A stretch of 64,000 nucleotides of DNA from Eledone cirrhosa (lineage: Eukaryota). Both the position numbers and the translations under genes were made by a program. The notes below the pieces were generated by a model. The model was given only the letters and a program-made list of their open reading frames with translations. It was not told where the DNA came from and searched no databases. Below, one piece after another: positions 29,905 to 43,098 of this stretch; position 1 is the first letter of the stretch; each line of letters begins with the position of its first letter. The DNA lies in assembly GCA_964016885.1 (NCBI GenBank), contig OZ024752.1, positions 3,596,001 to 3,660,000 of the forward strand, given 5' to 3'.

Positions 29905-32250
29905 AACTGATGATGATTTCATTTATTGACCACAAGGGCCGACATTTAAGGGACAATACAAAGACACGGACAGTGGCAATTGACAATACGCTCGAGTAAA
30001 AGTACACAGTAGCAAAACCAATTTAACAATGAAAATATAAAATAAACTATGTATAAACATAACAAAATAAATTCCCTAGGGGCGACTTAGGTACCGACCA
30101 ATCCTGAACGACCTGACGCCTTGAGGGCACTCCTCTCCTCCTCAAATTAACCAGCTCACAGGCACATGGTCAGAGTAGGCCCAATCACACGGGCCATTGT
30201 CGCCACATTCATCCGCCTTTTAAAAAATGTACTGGGGGTAGGGGTAAACTTCTCTCTCCACCGTCACCTTCCTTTCCAGGTGAAACTTGAAGAAGTTGAT
30301 GAGGGATTGACCGAAGAGAAACGTTTCTGTCTTCAGTCCTTTCAACCTGATCCACCTTATAACCTCTTTCGCAACTGCCAAGATACAGAAGAATATTACC
30401 TGCCCTTCCTGGCCAAAAGAAGGCGGCGGGACGATCTTCACTATGGATCCGTTCTACATGCGACGACAGCTGTTCGACATAACTCCACAAGTCAGTAATC
30501 CATGGACATTGGACGAGTACGTGGAGACTGTTTCGTCGTTCTGCGCGCATCTCGGGCAGGTCCGTCTGACACTACTTCCGTACTTGTAGAGTTTATCATG
30601 AACCGGCAGTGCCCCCATTAGCACTGTCAAGCGTGGGATTTCTGGAAGTTATCCGTCGTACCGGCTCGAATCTCCTCCGGAACAGACTGCTCATTCGACT
30701 TAGTCGACGCCCAGAGCCTCTCTGAGTGCTTCGTCGCACTCGCCTTCCAATAATCCTCTATAGAACTCGAGAGTAGAAGTCGCACTGACCGCATTGCCCG
30801 CTTGATAGAGGGCAGTGAGTGTCTGGCAACATTCAAGATGACAGTCACCCAGTCTCGGTCTCTTCTTGACCTAGGACTGCAGCTCAGTCAAAGAGAAGAG
30901 CTGCGGAAAGGCTCGGCTGACAAACGTCGACCACATCTGTTCAGGCAGAATATTTGGAGATGCCGCAGCCTCAGCGCATGTCTGCACCTATCGCGTGGAG
31001 AGTGCTGGCAGCAGATGGATCGCCTCACCAACGGAACCTGTCCCCTCCGCAATAATTTGAAAAGGAGCCGTTCCAATTTGGTGAGACGCAATCGGGGGCA
31101 AGGGACGACATTCAGGCGGTAGTAGATGACGGACGCGATGTACGCATTCTCCACGTCCGCCCCTTTTCAGTGATAGCTTCCTGGCAGCCTATTTCTGAGT
31201 AAGATTGGCTCCCCTGCTCGTTACCTCGTCCCAATTCTTATCCACCTGGAGGTCGGGTCCGAACCAAATTCCGAGCAACTTAAATCGTCCGTCTGTCCAG
31301 CGTCCAACGATGCTGTTGGATGGCATCGACTTGCCTCTCCAGGTGCCGAGCTGCAAGCCTATCGACTTTTCCCGGTTAAGATTCGCTCTCGTCAACCTTT
31401 CATATTCCTCCAATAAAGTGCAGACCACCTCGATTTCCGAGGTGTCTGACATCATCACGATGATATCGTCCGTATAAGCCGACAGAGCCTTTCCGCTTCC
31501 CGTTTCGATCAGGATATCCTGCAACATGCAACAGCTCCAGCTTCTGCAGTAAAGGCTCGAGAGTCAATACGTACAGAAGGGAAGAGCCAGCGCACCCTTG
31601 ACTCACCGATGGGGGGACCTGAAACAGTTCCGAGAGGTGGATATTAACTATGACCACCGAGCAAATGCCGCTGTTCATTGCAGCGATCCAGCTTCTGAAG
31701 ACGGGACCGAAGCTAGCTCCCTTGAGGACAGCCCGTATGTACCGATGGTCGACCCTATCGAATGCTTTCGATTTATCTAAATTGATCAGTGTCCCAGCGA
31801 AGCCAGGTTTACACCCTATCCTCTCTATGATGTATCGCTTGAGGTGGAGGTTGTCATGTATTGACCTGGTTGGGATTGCGCAAGTTTGCGCCTCCTCAAC
31901 CAAATCCTCGACGACAAGCGCCAACCTCTTTGCTAACACCTTGGCCAAAATCTTAAGCTTTGTGTTAAGAAGACTTATGGGCCTGAAGTTGTCTAATGTA
32001 TCCCTCTTGTTCTCGTCTTCCCTTATCAGCGTCACCACTCTCCTGCTCACAGAATTGGGAATACTCCTGTTCTGCTGCCAGTCGCAGTAGAGAACAAGTC
32101 TGACATATTTACGTAAAGCTCGTAGGGCAGACCATCTAAACAAGGGCATCCTGAATTTCGGCTGAAGTAATCGGCCTTTCAAATCGCTCAGCTTCGGCTG
32201 TCGAGAGGCGCGGCAAGCTGTCGAAGTAGGGACTGAAGTCCGCTACACTT
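29905..32250 (-). mobile_element. Tx1/L1-clade LINE, 5'-truncated and decayed, with 3' end
   Basis: [42 protein letters not shown]-terminal CPRC...HVLVQCP; minus-strand AATAAA at ~29921-26 followed by short ATC repeats. Confidence 0.9.
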
Positions 32251-32252
32251 TC

Positions 32253-33357
32253 TACCATCTCACTTGGAGCTTACTGTCCAGAGCCAACTCTTACACGGGA
32301 GGACGCCGTCCGTGTAACTTATGCTCGGAGGAAACATTACAAATGCTGTTTACGAAGGATCAACTCCTAAACAAAAAAGACGAACTGGTCACTGCATGCA
32401 AACACAGATTGCAGAAGACTTACTTCACCCTCAAACCCCCTAACGATCCGGGTGGGTAGACTAGCACTGAAACACCCCACTTACCGAATAAGATAGGGAG
32501 AACCCCTACTTAAATAGGTAGATGCACCTCTTTCCTTTTCCTCTATGTTTTCTCCTTCCTTTTGTCTCCTATCACTTCCTTCCACCACCGAATTACTTCC
32601 TCGTTCATTTCTTTGTGTTTTTTCCTCCTTCACCTACCCAGGGGCAGCCCATCGGACCTCTTTAGCCTCAGTACCCCCACCCCAGTAACTTACAGATAGC
32701 ATTCGCCGATTACGCTATACTAACTATTCATAGCAGCTGTGTTAGACCCCAGAGATGTGGTATTAATTTTCAATTCTAAATTTTCAATAATTCTCATCTA
32801 GCAACTCATTCTATAGCATTGGCCGAAATAGCAGCACCAACTAAATATAGCAGCTGTGTTAGACTCCTTAGTTTTATTTCACATCTAACTTTCCAATTTT
32901 ACATTCTGATACATCTTTCTCTCATTTTGTTATTATATTCTCTTTTGTTATATGTTTTCATTGCCCCCTAATCGCATTTGATTTACTATTTCTATAACGT
33001 CTCTCCTCTACTTTCTAAAGAAACCTTTTTTCGCCAACCTCCTCTGGCATACTTTCATACATATTCCTTAGAATTTGCAGTGTAGATTTCACCTTCTACA
33101 CTTGACCGGCTCTACCCAATCCCCTATCGTTCTACATGCAATTTCAGCCATCCCCACCCAGCACCCACTTCCATGATAGATTTTTCTGTGTCTGCTACAC
33201 ATTTTGATCAATCCTCTTGACAACTACAATCTTCCCATATAAGGAAGTCCCCCTTGAAATGTTCGGCTATTTATTTACCAGACTACAAAAACCCTTACTT
33301 TAGTCCAAAAATAGCCGTCGAAACGGCTTGAGCTGTGCCGTCGGGGTCATACTTTCT

Positions 33358-33360
<3 letters not shown>
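32253..33360 (+). mobile_element. Penelope-like element 3' remnant (GIY-YIG C-terminus + 3' UTR + decayed hammerhead)
   Basis: 32253-32459 reads YHLTWSLLSRANSYTGGRRPCNLCSEETLQMLFTKDQLLNKKDELVTACKHRLQKTYFTLKPPNDPGG*; ends in (TA)n. Not in the ORF track. Confidence 0.8.
33249..33346 (+). ncRNA. Decayed hammerhead-like motif
   Basis: CCCC [TTGAAAT] ..CGGCTATTT...AAATAGCCGTC GAAA(33320-23) CGGC-loop-GCCG TC GGGG; CUGANGA box degenerate. Confidence 0.5.
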
Positions 33361-33450
<90 letters not shown>

Positions 33451-33534
33451 ACACATTATGCATGTATATGATAATGCACATACTTAAATATGGAATGTTA
33501 CGCGATGGACACCCCCCCATACACACACACACAC

Positions 33535-33770
33535 GAATGGAGAAGGCGTTTCCCCGGAGGACGGCAAGGGAGACGCGCCTTGAAAAGCCACTCCAACTCG
33601 CAGGGTTCACACCTGCGGCTGGCCACCTCATCACCTATAGTGGTGAATAGGGAGGTAGGAAGCCCTAGGCCCGAGGACAGCAGAAGTCTCCACTGTGGGG
33701 TACAACCGCAAATCTGTCGGAGAGCTACCGAATATTTGAAAGGTGTCCCCTCCTCGGAACCAAGGTGAGT
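33535..33770 (-). mobile_element. CRE-clade LINE C-terminal remnant
   Basis: [16 protein letters not shown]; similar to 22540-22835. Confidence 0.65.
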
Positions 33771-33899
33771 ACTTTGTGCCCCGTTATCGACAAGAAAAAA
33801 AACAAAGTAGTACTTAAAACTAACTTAAAATTTCGAAACTTTCCTCTCGCAGACTTGTAACGGTTCACACATGTCCAATAGTTGTAATGGTAGTATGCG

Positions 33900-34205
33900 G
33901 CTCACCTTCCTATGGTCGGGAGCTCGATGTGCCATTGAGAAAGACACTCTAATTCACGTTGCTCCAATCCATTCAGCCGGCAAAAATATAGTTTTGCCTG
34001 TAAATCGAATGGCCAGCTTTGTCACATTCTGCGTCACGCTGAATCTCCCCGAGAATGTTAAGGGTACACGTGTCTCTGGAATGGTCAGCCCCATGCACCT
34101 TAACGTCACGAGCTGACTGTTCCGTTGTTCGTATTTACTGAAACATTCGTCTTCGTAACCAACGGAGTGCCAGTTTGACCTAGTACAATAATTACAAACC
34201 ATCAT
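33900..34205 (-). pseudogene. Possible decayed GIY-YIG endonuclease fragment
   Basis: Cys followed, after a frameshift, by VLGQTGTPLVTKTN, resembling YIGQT..L..R; weak. Confidence 0.3.
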
Positions 34206-34207
34206 TT

Positions 34208-34263
<56 letters not shown>

Positions 34264-34264
<1 letters not shown>

Positions 34265-34384
34265 GTAATAATAATAAATTTGAAGACTAAAATCCAAAGA
34301 GGGCTCGACAAGGATAAATATATATCAAATATATAAGAACCGTAGAGCAGCGATTCTTTGCTTAAACTTTAATCTGTTATTTTA

Positions 34385-34388
<4 letters not shown>
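34264..34388 (-). mobile_element. ~125 bp TA-flanked mini-element
   Basis: Inverted copy of 26118-26233; 34346-34385 identical to 63422-63461. Confidence 0.75.
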
Positions 34389-34470
<82 letters not shown>

Positions 34471-35261
34471 GTGCTTAGGAGAAACGCCTTAACTAAAATA
34501 AGCAATAAAAATGCAAAAAAATTACTCATTCCATGCACTAGTGTGAAATAAATAGTGCCACAAGCGTGAGCATTTTAAAGCATTGGTATCTATGTATAGC
34601 TGCATTCTAGAACATCTGGAAGTTATTACTAACAGCTAGCTTAACTGACGTAATGTACAATAAAGTGCCCGCAGTCAATTTGATTCATTAACTGATAATA
34701 GATACATCATCTGCTCTAAATACTTCCTTCTGCAAACCAAATAATATTTTATTATTTTACAAGTTTACCTCATTAGACTGCGGTCAGACTGGGTCACCGT
34801 CAAGGGTTTTATTCTATCTACACATTCCTGTATTTACTTCAGTGAGGTATTTTATCGATCGCTATTCTTCGACATTTGAAATTACTTTTGGACGAACAGA
34901 GAAGCAATAATACGTACCTGTTATGTTAGTATGCTCAAACACTTGTTCACACTCACATATACACATAAGAACGGGGTCAGTTGTCCAATTGTCATCTACA
35001 AAATTGCAATCTCAATATACTGGTCACACTGAGGTTAAATTTCAAATCACTTGCCTAAGGCCCGACACGCTGGTATCAAATGGGAGAGCTACGTAATTGA
35101 ACAACATACGGCAATATCTCACTATGTAATAGGTCTGCATTTTAATTATGCACTATAAGAATATCATATTTTAGCAAAACTTGCATAGATTTAGATAAAA
35201 CAACCGTGATTCACTAGACGTATAACTGTAACATTTTTTATTTATCATCGTCTGAATTAGA

Positions 35262-35383
35262 TATGCCTCCACTGAACATATGTCTGGGCTATATAAAACA
35301 GTACAGTATGCCTCCACTGAACATGTCTGGGTTATGCTATATAAAACAGTACAGAATGCCTCCACTAAACATATGTGTGGGCT
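35262..35383. repeat. ~2.5 copies of a ~46-49 bp tandem repeat
   Basis: ATGCCTCCACTGAACAT..GTCTGGG...ATATAAAACAGTACAG. Confidence 0.85.
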
Positions 35384-35844
35384 AGAGTGAATGACAAATA
35401 AAACGTCAGCCTCGCATGTTCTTGGAATAAACCTATTGAATCCATGTCAGTGGGAGTTTTGTAATGAGACAATAAAACCACCACTGGAAGTCTGCAGGAA
35501 CGAAAGATAAAAACAAAAATAATAAACATTTAACAAATTTACTATTCCTGATTGAACAGGTATAGAATTTCCACAAAAGAATTCTATATATTTTCTCGTG
35601 GAACCTATAGCCAATATGTTTGGAAAGGATCAATACCATCAACGGCTACCTAACATTTGGGTCCAATCAATTGTGATTATACCCAGTTTGCTTATCGATC
35701 TATATTGATTGGATGATGCTTGGGATTAATCTATATTGACAAACTAGTGTTCAACATCGATCTGTAAGTATTGCTATATTCTTCAATAAGGATTAATAAA
35801 ATTGGAAATTATATATAGGTGTCCCGTTCTCCCTTTCTCTCCCC

Positions 35845-35883
<39 letters not shown>

Positions 35884-35896
35884 CCTCTCTCTCTTT

Positions 35897-35958
<62 letters not shown>

Positions 35959-36371
35959 ATAAGAAAGAAAGTATATGTATTCTCATATTCCTGCGTACTT
36001 GTGTATGTATGTTTTTATACATTTGTGTGTTTTTTCCCTCTGTCGATTGCAGAACATACTGCGCAAAATAACACTGATTGTCCTTTTATTTGTAATTGTT
36101 TTTAGCATTTTTTTCTGTTTTATTTCCTTTATGGTACCATAGGTTCCAGAGATTTCTAATTTTGTGTCGATTCTTACAGAATGTTTTACAGTTGAATGCC
36201 TTTACAATCGCAAACAATTCGTCTGTAAGGGTAATTTATAGAAGATGTTGGTATTGCTGATGATTATAATGGCGGTGAAATTGTTGCTGGTAGCCGTTGT
36301 AATGTTGTTGTTGGTGTTGTTTTTGTTGCTAGAGTTGGTGAGTTGTATAATTAATTAAATTATACATATAT

Positions 36372-36532
36372 CACAGCCTGACCAAATGATTAAGAAGTTT
36401 GCTTCGAAATCATAATGCAACAAGTTCGCTCCCACTGCATGCCTTCATGTGCATGTATAATTTACCGTAGCTTCGGATAGAGCCAGACCTTTTGATTGAG
36501 ATTCGGTGGACGGAAACTGTTTGGATGCCCAT
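36372..36532 (+). mobile_element. Decayed second SINE family copy
   Basis: TTAAGAAGTTTGCTTC...CCCACTGC...GGTGGACGGAAACTG resembles an octopod SINE as recalled from memory. Confidence 0.45.
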
Positions 36533-37426
36533 CTGAAAGATTGCAACTGTAAATCAAGTGGTGCACCTTGCCACACATGCTGTCCGGATGACCCCTCCGA
36601 GAATTATGTTGAAGGCACACATGTGTGTGGAATGCTTAGGTGATAAGTTCGTTACTTACACAAGCAGGTTCATACGTTGGTCAAAAATCAGAACATCTAT
36701 CGTATAAACCATTAGTGACCCATTCATAGGCATCAGAGAGACTATCACACTACGATGGCCGACAAGGTTTCGTTTTTCTATCTTTAACCACAGAAAAATA
36801 AACCTATGGAATTTGTTGGCTCATGAAACATTCTTTAATATACATCATCGCTCTGATCATTCGATACGGTACCAAACCTCATTCGCTTGCCGAGTGGGGT
36901 GGACCTCATCAATTCGGACCAAAGAAACAATGTTTTCATTGGGCTTTCCATTGCTGATACTATCTACCGGTTGCAACTAGAAAGGGCAACGTAAAATAAA
37001 GTGTTTTGCTCAAGGACACAACGCATCACACGGTCCGATAATTGAACTCACGACCTCATTATTGCAAATCCAACTCACTACGCCATCACTAATAGATTCT
37101 TCTTTTCTTTCTTTTAATTTAGTTAGTAATCGTTATGATTTGAGAATTTCGTTATAGAGGGGGTGGGTGACAACACGATTCTAGAAAGAAAAAATGTTTA
37201 AAGAGAATAAATAATTAACTCTATATTTTTGTAATTTGATGAAATAAGAAACATTATACCATAAGAAACGGCCAAAACTGACATATTGATTTCGAAATTG
37301 TGAGACAAGCTGAATTAAGTAACAGCAACGTATGCTACACGTTCTCAGTTAAAAAATACACCGAGGTTAACTTTGACATTCATTCTTCTGAAAATATAAT
37401 ACCAGTCATTATTGTCAACTATAATT

Positions 37427-37630
37427 GCGGTGGGTTAACAGTATCGTTAGAACACCAGACAACATGCTTTATGGCAAAAGGTTACGGCATTTTACGATCT
37501 GAGTTCAAATCCTGCCGAGGTGTGTTTGTCTTTCATCCTTTCGGGGTTGATAATATAAAGTACCAGTAATGCACTGGCTTCTACTTTCCCCTCCCCTAAA
37601 ATTGCTGGCCTTTTGTCTAAAGTATTACTT
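37427..37630 (+). mobile_element. tRNA-derived SINE
   Basis: GAGTTCAAATCC B box, TTTCATCCTTTCGGGGTTGATAA..AAAGTACCAG core. Confidence 0.8.
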
Positions 37631-38499
37631 TCAATTATACTTCTGTCTCAAATTCGAGATATATTGTTGTCGTCGTTGTGGTTGTTATTTAACTTCAGTT
37701 CTGGTCTGGTTCAGCAAATCTATAAGTAAGAATTTGATTCATGGCGATGCTTATATGCAGGGTTTCACTATCGAGCGAAAATATGCCCGTAAATGACTAT
37801 GATTCGATGGATATTCGGCTGCAATTTCTAGCATGGAGAGCTATTAGTAAAAGGTTTTCTTCTTTCTTACTCAATACCGATTGGCCAGAGATAACATAAA
37901 AAATATGCTGTTCACAAACTCAAAGTGTCAAATTAAAAAGTAAAGACTATTGAGATTTTCCAATGTAGAGGCATTTCCCCAGGGTTTATAAATGAATTTA
38001 TCTTTGAATAAATACCATCCCCAAATAGGTTCACTAAGTAATTGGTATCAAGTATTAATTTGGTAATTTTTTTATATAAACACGTTTAAATGTATTCTGA
38101 TAGAGATAGAGAGACAGAGTGATATACATAAATAGATAAGACGAAACTATAGAAGGAGAGCCAGGGAAGATGTATGGCGGTGGGGAGGAAAACAATTTCT
38201 CTTTCAAATGAATGTTTATATTATTGAATATTTTAAAATATATTAATAGCTTAAAGATACAGCAATATCAAATATCACTCGAAGAAAATTCAACACATTC
38301 ACTTATTTTACTACAACGGTTTACACAACAATCATGGACGTAGAGATGATGAGTCATGTAAACAAAGGTGTTTACGTGTATACACACATACACACAAACA
38401 GATGCGTATATATTTATTCCATCGATACCTATCAGAATTCGTTCACCAGAAGAAGGGGGATGGGTGGGGGGGGGTGGGGGGGGTAAAAAAGCCAAACTC

Positions 38500-38830
38500 G
38501 CTCTTCAATTCAGTATCCATGGCAAGCCTGACCTATGGTCATAAACTTGGGTAACGACAGAAATACTTCGAGCGTGTATACAAGCCTCTGAAATAAGATT
38601 ACTCCGAAAGGGCTTTGGAGTAATGTTACTCGATAGAGTGCTTAGCTCGGAGATCAGAGGGTCGCTCCAGGTAGAGACGCTACGTTTCCAAATTGATAGA
38701 TCAAAGCTCCGACAAAATGGATATGTGGTTAGAATGTCTCAGTAAAGAATCGCTGGACAGATTTTAGGAACAGATCCTACCGGTAGGAGACCCAGTGGTA
38801 AACCCCTGCTAGATGATTGGATAACATTCA
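38500..38830 (+). mobile_element. RTE-clade LINE C-terminal remnant
   Basis: LTYGH...IQASEIRLLRKGFGVMLLDRVLSSEIR...GYVVRM...GRRPSGKP. Confidence 0.7.
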
Positions 38831-39554
38831 TAACAAGAAGGCGCTTGAAGACACTATTCCCACGACCCTCCCTGGCGATCGTCACCACGTATTGAGAGTG
38901 GAACCTATAGAAGGTTATGGAGATTCAACCAAGTACATCAGAACCCCCATCAAAACCGGATTTGTTACTCAGATCATCTAAAATGTATTACACAAGTGAG
39001 ATTTAGTGATGGCTGATAGTACTAACGGTCATCGTCAAACTCCAGACGACAAGTGTCAACAATCCCCTTGATGAAGTTGTTAAATCTTCGATCAGCAGAC
39101 ATATAAGTAGGAAATAATCGATCGACATCCTACTCACTATATATTTCTTTAGTAGTGATACCTTAAATTGGCTAAAACAGTTGAGAATATCCCCATCTCT
39201 TTACCAGACATAAACAGACATCTGGGAAGAGCGAAAACAAAAGCTGATTAGTGTAAAACATACGTGAGAAAAAACCGTTTTCTCTGTATATTATGAGACA
39301 ATTAATTATAAAGTGGTGAAAAACTGTTATGAATTAAACGATACAGATGAGGACAAAACAATAGAAAATGTTCTCCAAATATCTGTGTTGAAGGTAAACA
39401 GTTCTGACATTGGTTAAACGAGGCTGCCTGGATAAAATCAACTACGCAAACCAAACATGTGGAATAACTATGTAAGAATAAAGTACATAATTCTTCTTCT
39501 TCTTCTTCTTCTTCTTCTTGGAGGTAGCGATTTTCACTTTACACTTACCTCTCT

Positions 39555-39800
39555 TTTCGGTTGACTGAGTGCGCCAGCTCCATCAATTCTTGTATTTAAT
39601 TCCTCTTCTAGCTCCCCATCATTCGCGAAAACTGACACGAATCCCTATTTACATCTTTTAACATCTGAGACTGAATGCTATCCCCCTCAGAAGGCATGCC
39701 ACATTTTAGCGTTTTAATTCTTCTGTGATCTCAGCTTCCAAGAGATTAGTCTTTGTCTGTAATTGCACCTCGTACACAGGCTTGTCCAAACTGATATTAA
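39555..39800 (-). mobile_element. Highly decayed RTE-like fragment
   Basis: VFANDGELEEELNTRIDGA on the minus strand. Confidence 0.4.
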
Positions 39801-40339
39801 TGCCCTAACTACCCAGCTACAATTCGCAGATTACAGAACTATCTGTATTTAGACAAATATCACTTCTGACCCAAACAGGAGGGGGAAATATATAGCACTT
39901 ACTCTACACAACATTTGAAACACAAACTTATTACTTGAAATTAGACAAACCCCACAAACTTATGTGCTGCAAATCAATCCTCAGATAAGAAAATATTTCA
40001 CACATCTTAGAAACATCAAAGCAACTGGAACTTGTTTCAGTTGAAACACGCATATTTGAATTAAGTATAAGCAACATATAAAATATGTTGATACTAGACA
40101 GTTTCAACGTTCAAAAGGTTGTTCATTTTTTTTATACTGTACTAGCATAAAATCCGCCCCTGGGGCGGTTTTCTCCTAGCATATGTAGTGTGCATATTGG
40201 TATTATACGCAAATATATGTGCATCTAGGTATATGTAAAGTGAAAAGTAAATTGATATCTTCTTCTTGTTCGTCCACTTATTTCCGAGAGGGTCGTGGAG
40301 ACAGAGTCCTTCTGATAATCTCCTTCCAGCGAATCTGTC

Positions 40340-40893
40340 AGAAGCGAACATCTCTAACTGATCCAACTGGATCCCAAAGCGTGACCAGCCAAGCTCATGG
40401 ATGTTTTCGAACTATCTTGCTCAGGGTCTACCTCTGGATCTCTTGCCCGTTGGCTTTGCCTGTAAAATCTTCCTAGCGATTCTTTACTGAGACATTGTAA
40501 CCACATGCCCGTAGTATCGGAGTTGTGATCTCTCAGTTCAGAGAAGTGGTGGCTGTACCAGGAGTGACTCTTTGGTCTCTGAGCTATGCACTTTATCGAG
40601 GAATGTCACTCCAAATACCCTTCGGAGGAACCCCATTTCTGCCGCTTTTATTTACACTTGTATTCTTTTGGTCATTACCCAAGATGCATGATCCTCGGTA
40701 AGAGTTGGCAGGAATACCAGGAAGACAGCGCGTTTGGTTTTACACGTACCTCCTTCTTCTGAGCGTTGAGGCTGGCGCATTACTGTATCAGCTTTTGCTA
40801 TTCTTGCACTTAATTCAGTCTCCTGCCTTCCATCACTCATGAACACGGCCCAGAGATACTTGAACTTCTCTATCTGCTTCAGTAGAACTCCAT
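40340..40893 (-). mobile_element. RTE-clade LINE C-terminal remnant
   Basis: LKQIEKFKYLWAVFMSDGRQETELSARIAKA...LPTLT; later LRYYGHV and RPRGRP-like motifs. Confidence 0.75.
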
Positions 40894-40899
40894 TCACAC

Positions 40900-41330
40900 A
40901 CACATACGTCTCTAATTTAGGAACGCCGATAAACTCATGCGCGCGCACATACACACACTGTCCTATTACCACTTAAGAACTTTGGTCCGAGCAAACATCC
41001 CCTCAATTTTGGGACCGTCTGGGTTGTCCAGAATTGATGGAAAAATACTAGACGGTCTTACTCTAAGCGCTTGGTCAAGAGGCAGGTGCCTTATCTGGGA
41101 CATCGCACTTAGTAACTGTTTGGCTCCTTCCCAAATCCTGAATGCAGCGATAAGGGCGAGAGCTACAGCATCTGCAGCTAAACGGAGCAAAATCCTAAAA
41201 TACTGTGTTCTGTCAGTTAACTACATTCTCCAGCCTGTGGTGTTCGAGATGTTTGGTGGGAGTCGGGCAACTGACAGCGGGGTTCTTATTTTCACTGGCG
41301 GCTCGGCAAACAGAGGTAACTTTTACTGAG
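40900..41330 (+). mobile_element. CRE-clade LINE restriction-like endonuclease domain remnant
   Basis: PSGLSRIDGKILDGLTLSAWSRGRCLIWD...KILKY...PVVFEMFG matches EPxGLxRxDGKRPDGxT...WD. Confidence 0.75.
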
Positions 41331-41369
41331 TTATGACTTAGGATAGACGTAGCTACCAACCTCACTAGC

Positions 41370-42546
41370 GTATATTACTTAGACATAAATTTAGACATTC
41401 GCACATACACCTTCCATAAACTAAATGAAAAACTTAATTACATACACAAGGACACATGCCATCCTCCTACTGTTTTTAGAAACTTCGTAAATAATATCGG
41501 TACTAGAATCTCTAACGTCTCCTCTAATAAAGCAATATTTGAGAGAGTGGTACCCTACTACAATGCGGCGTTAACTAACATCAGCTTCTCGCAACCAATT
41601 ACTTACCACCCCACTAACACCAACAGCAATAAGAAAAGAAATCGTGCTAATAGGAAAACTATCTGGTTCTCTCCCATCTCTCCTCACTCACCGATAAAAC
41701 TAATGTAGGCAAAAGATGTTTAGCTGTCTCAGATAGACACTTTCCCATAGGTCACAAATACCGCTCCATCTTTAACAGATGCAGGGTGAAACTAGGATAC
41801 TCCTGCGCTAAGAATATGAAGGCCCACATCACCAACAGTCCTAAGAGCAGCACCACACCGGGATGCTCTTGCCGAAAGCCTGACGATTGTCCCATTCAAC
41901 AACAAATGTAACACATCCGCTGTCATTTACGAAGCTGTGCTCACATCCAACCGACCAAATCAACAACAAGAGGTTAAATCCTATGTAGGTATGACGGAGG
42001 GCCGGTTTAAGGAACGCTTCCTGATCCATCAGTAGACCTTTAGATACTCGGACAAACGATCGTCCACGAAAATCCGGAGCCACATATGGTCCCTCAAAGA
42101 CTCAGGCGTAGACTGTTCCATCCAATAGAAAGCTATCACTAAGTCCAAGCCATACGCAAAAGGAAATCCCTCCTGGGGACTGTGCATTGAAGAAAAGATC
42201 AATATCCTAAAAATTTTACGCAATTACGATTACCTAAATTCAAGAAATGAGCTTTTGTCACGTTCTCCACAGGTCTGGTAACACCTCTTGCATAACTACA
42301 AAGCTCCAGATTGAATAACTTCAACATTCTAATATTCTGATCAACTCGAACAATTTATTCCGGACAATCGCAATTATCTCCCATACATCATTCGACCGTG
42401 GGTTTCATCACCTAGGAGAAGTGACCGTGTCTGCGCATGCGTATTCATACGGTTATTTTTCCTTTTCCACTCAGACCAAGGTGAAGATCCGCTTAAGGTA
42501 AAACATTTGTTTACGGTATGGTGAACTAACTGTTGTGGAACTACTT
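41370..42546 (+). mobile_element. Penelope-like element remnant: RT C-terminus, linker, GIY-YIG endonuclease, 3' UTR
   Basis: YLDINLD..YIHKDTCHPP..RISNVSS..YNAAL; RKTIWF; DRHFP..IFNRCRVKLGYSC; CSCRKPDDCP; VIYEA..SYVGMTEGRFKERF; HIWSLK; LCIEEK; YLNSRNEL; stop 42312-14; several stops and frameshifts; ends in (TA)n. Confidence 0.88.
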
Positions 42547-42635
42547 ATATATATATATATGTGTGTGTGTATATATGTATATATATATGTGTGTGTGTAT
42601 ATATGTATATATATATATGTATATATGTATATATG

Positions 42636-42665
<30 letters not shown>

Positions 42666-42671
<6 letters not shown>

Positions 42672-43069
42672 TTGGTAAACGGAATAGAAAATGCTGACAA
42701 ATTGTTCACAGTTGAAAAATGGTTTAATTAGGAATAAAAGAGTATTAGTGATTGTATGGGTTAGTATTCAGTTGTGGTTTTAAGTTTTTAAGTTTTTACC
42801 GGTTGCGCATTTCTAAATGCTTTTCAAAAATAATTTTGAGATAGAGTGTCCGTGCTGTTTGCTCTGATCAGAGCAAACAGCACGGACACTCTATCTCAAA
42901 ATTATTTTTGAAAAGCATTTAGAAATGCGCAACCGGTAAAAACTTAAAAACTTAAAACCACAACTGAATACTAACCCATACAATCACTAATACTCTTTTA
43001 TTCCTAATTAAACCATTTTTCAACTGTGAACAATTTGTCAGCATTTTCTATTCCGTTTACCAATATATA
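42666..43069. mobile_element. Perfect spacerless 404 bp palindrome with decayed hammerhead-like motif in each arm
   Basis: Centre CTCTGA|TCAGAG at 42867/42868; no arm mismatch seen; TTT TTGAAAA GCATTT-AG-AAATGC GCAA CCGG TA AAAA at 42905-42942 and mirror 42793-42830; extension 43070-43102. Confidence 0.9.
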
Positions 43070-43098
43070 ATAACTTGTGTGTTACACCTCTATTCTTT

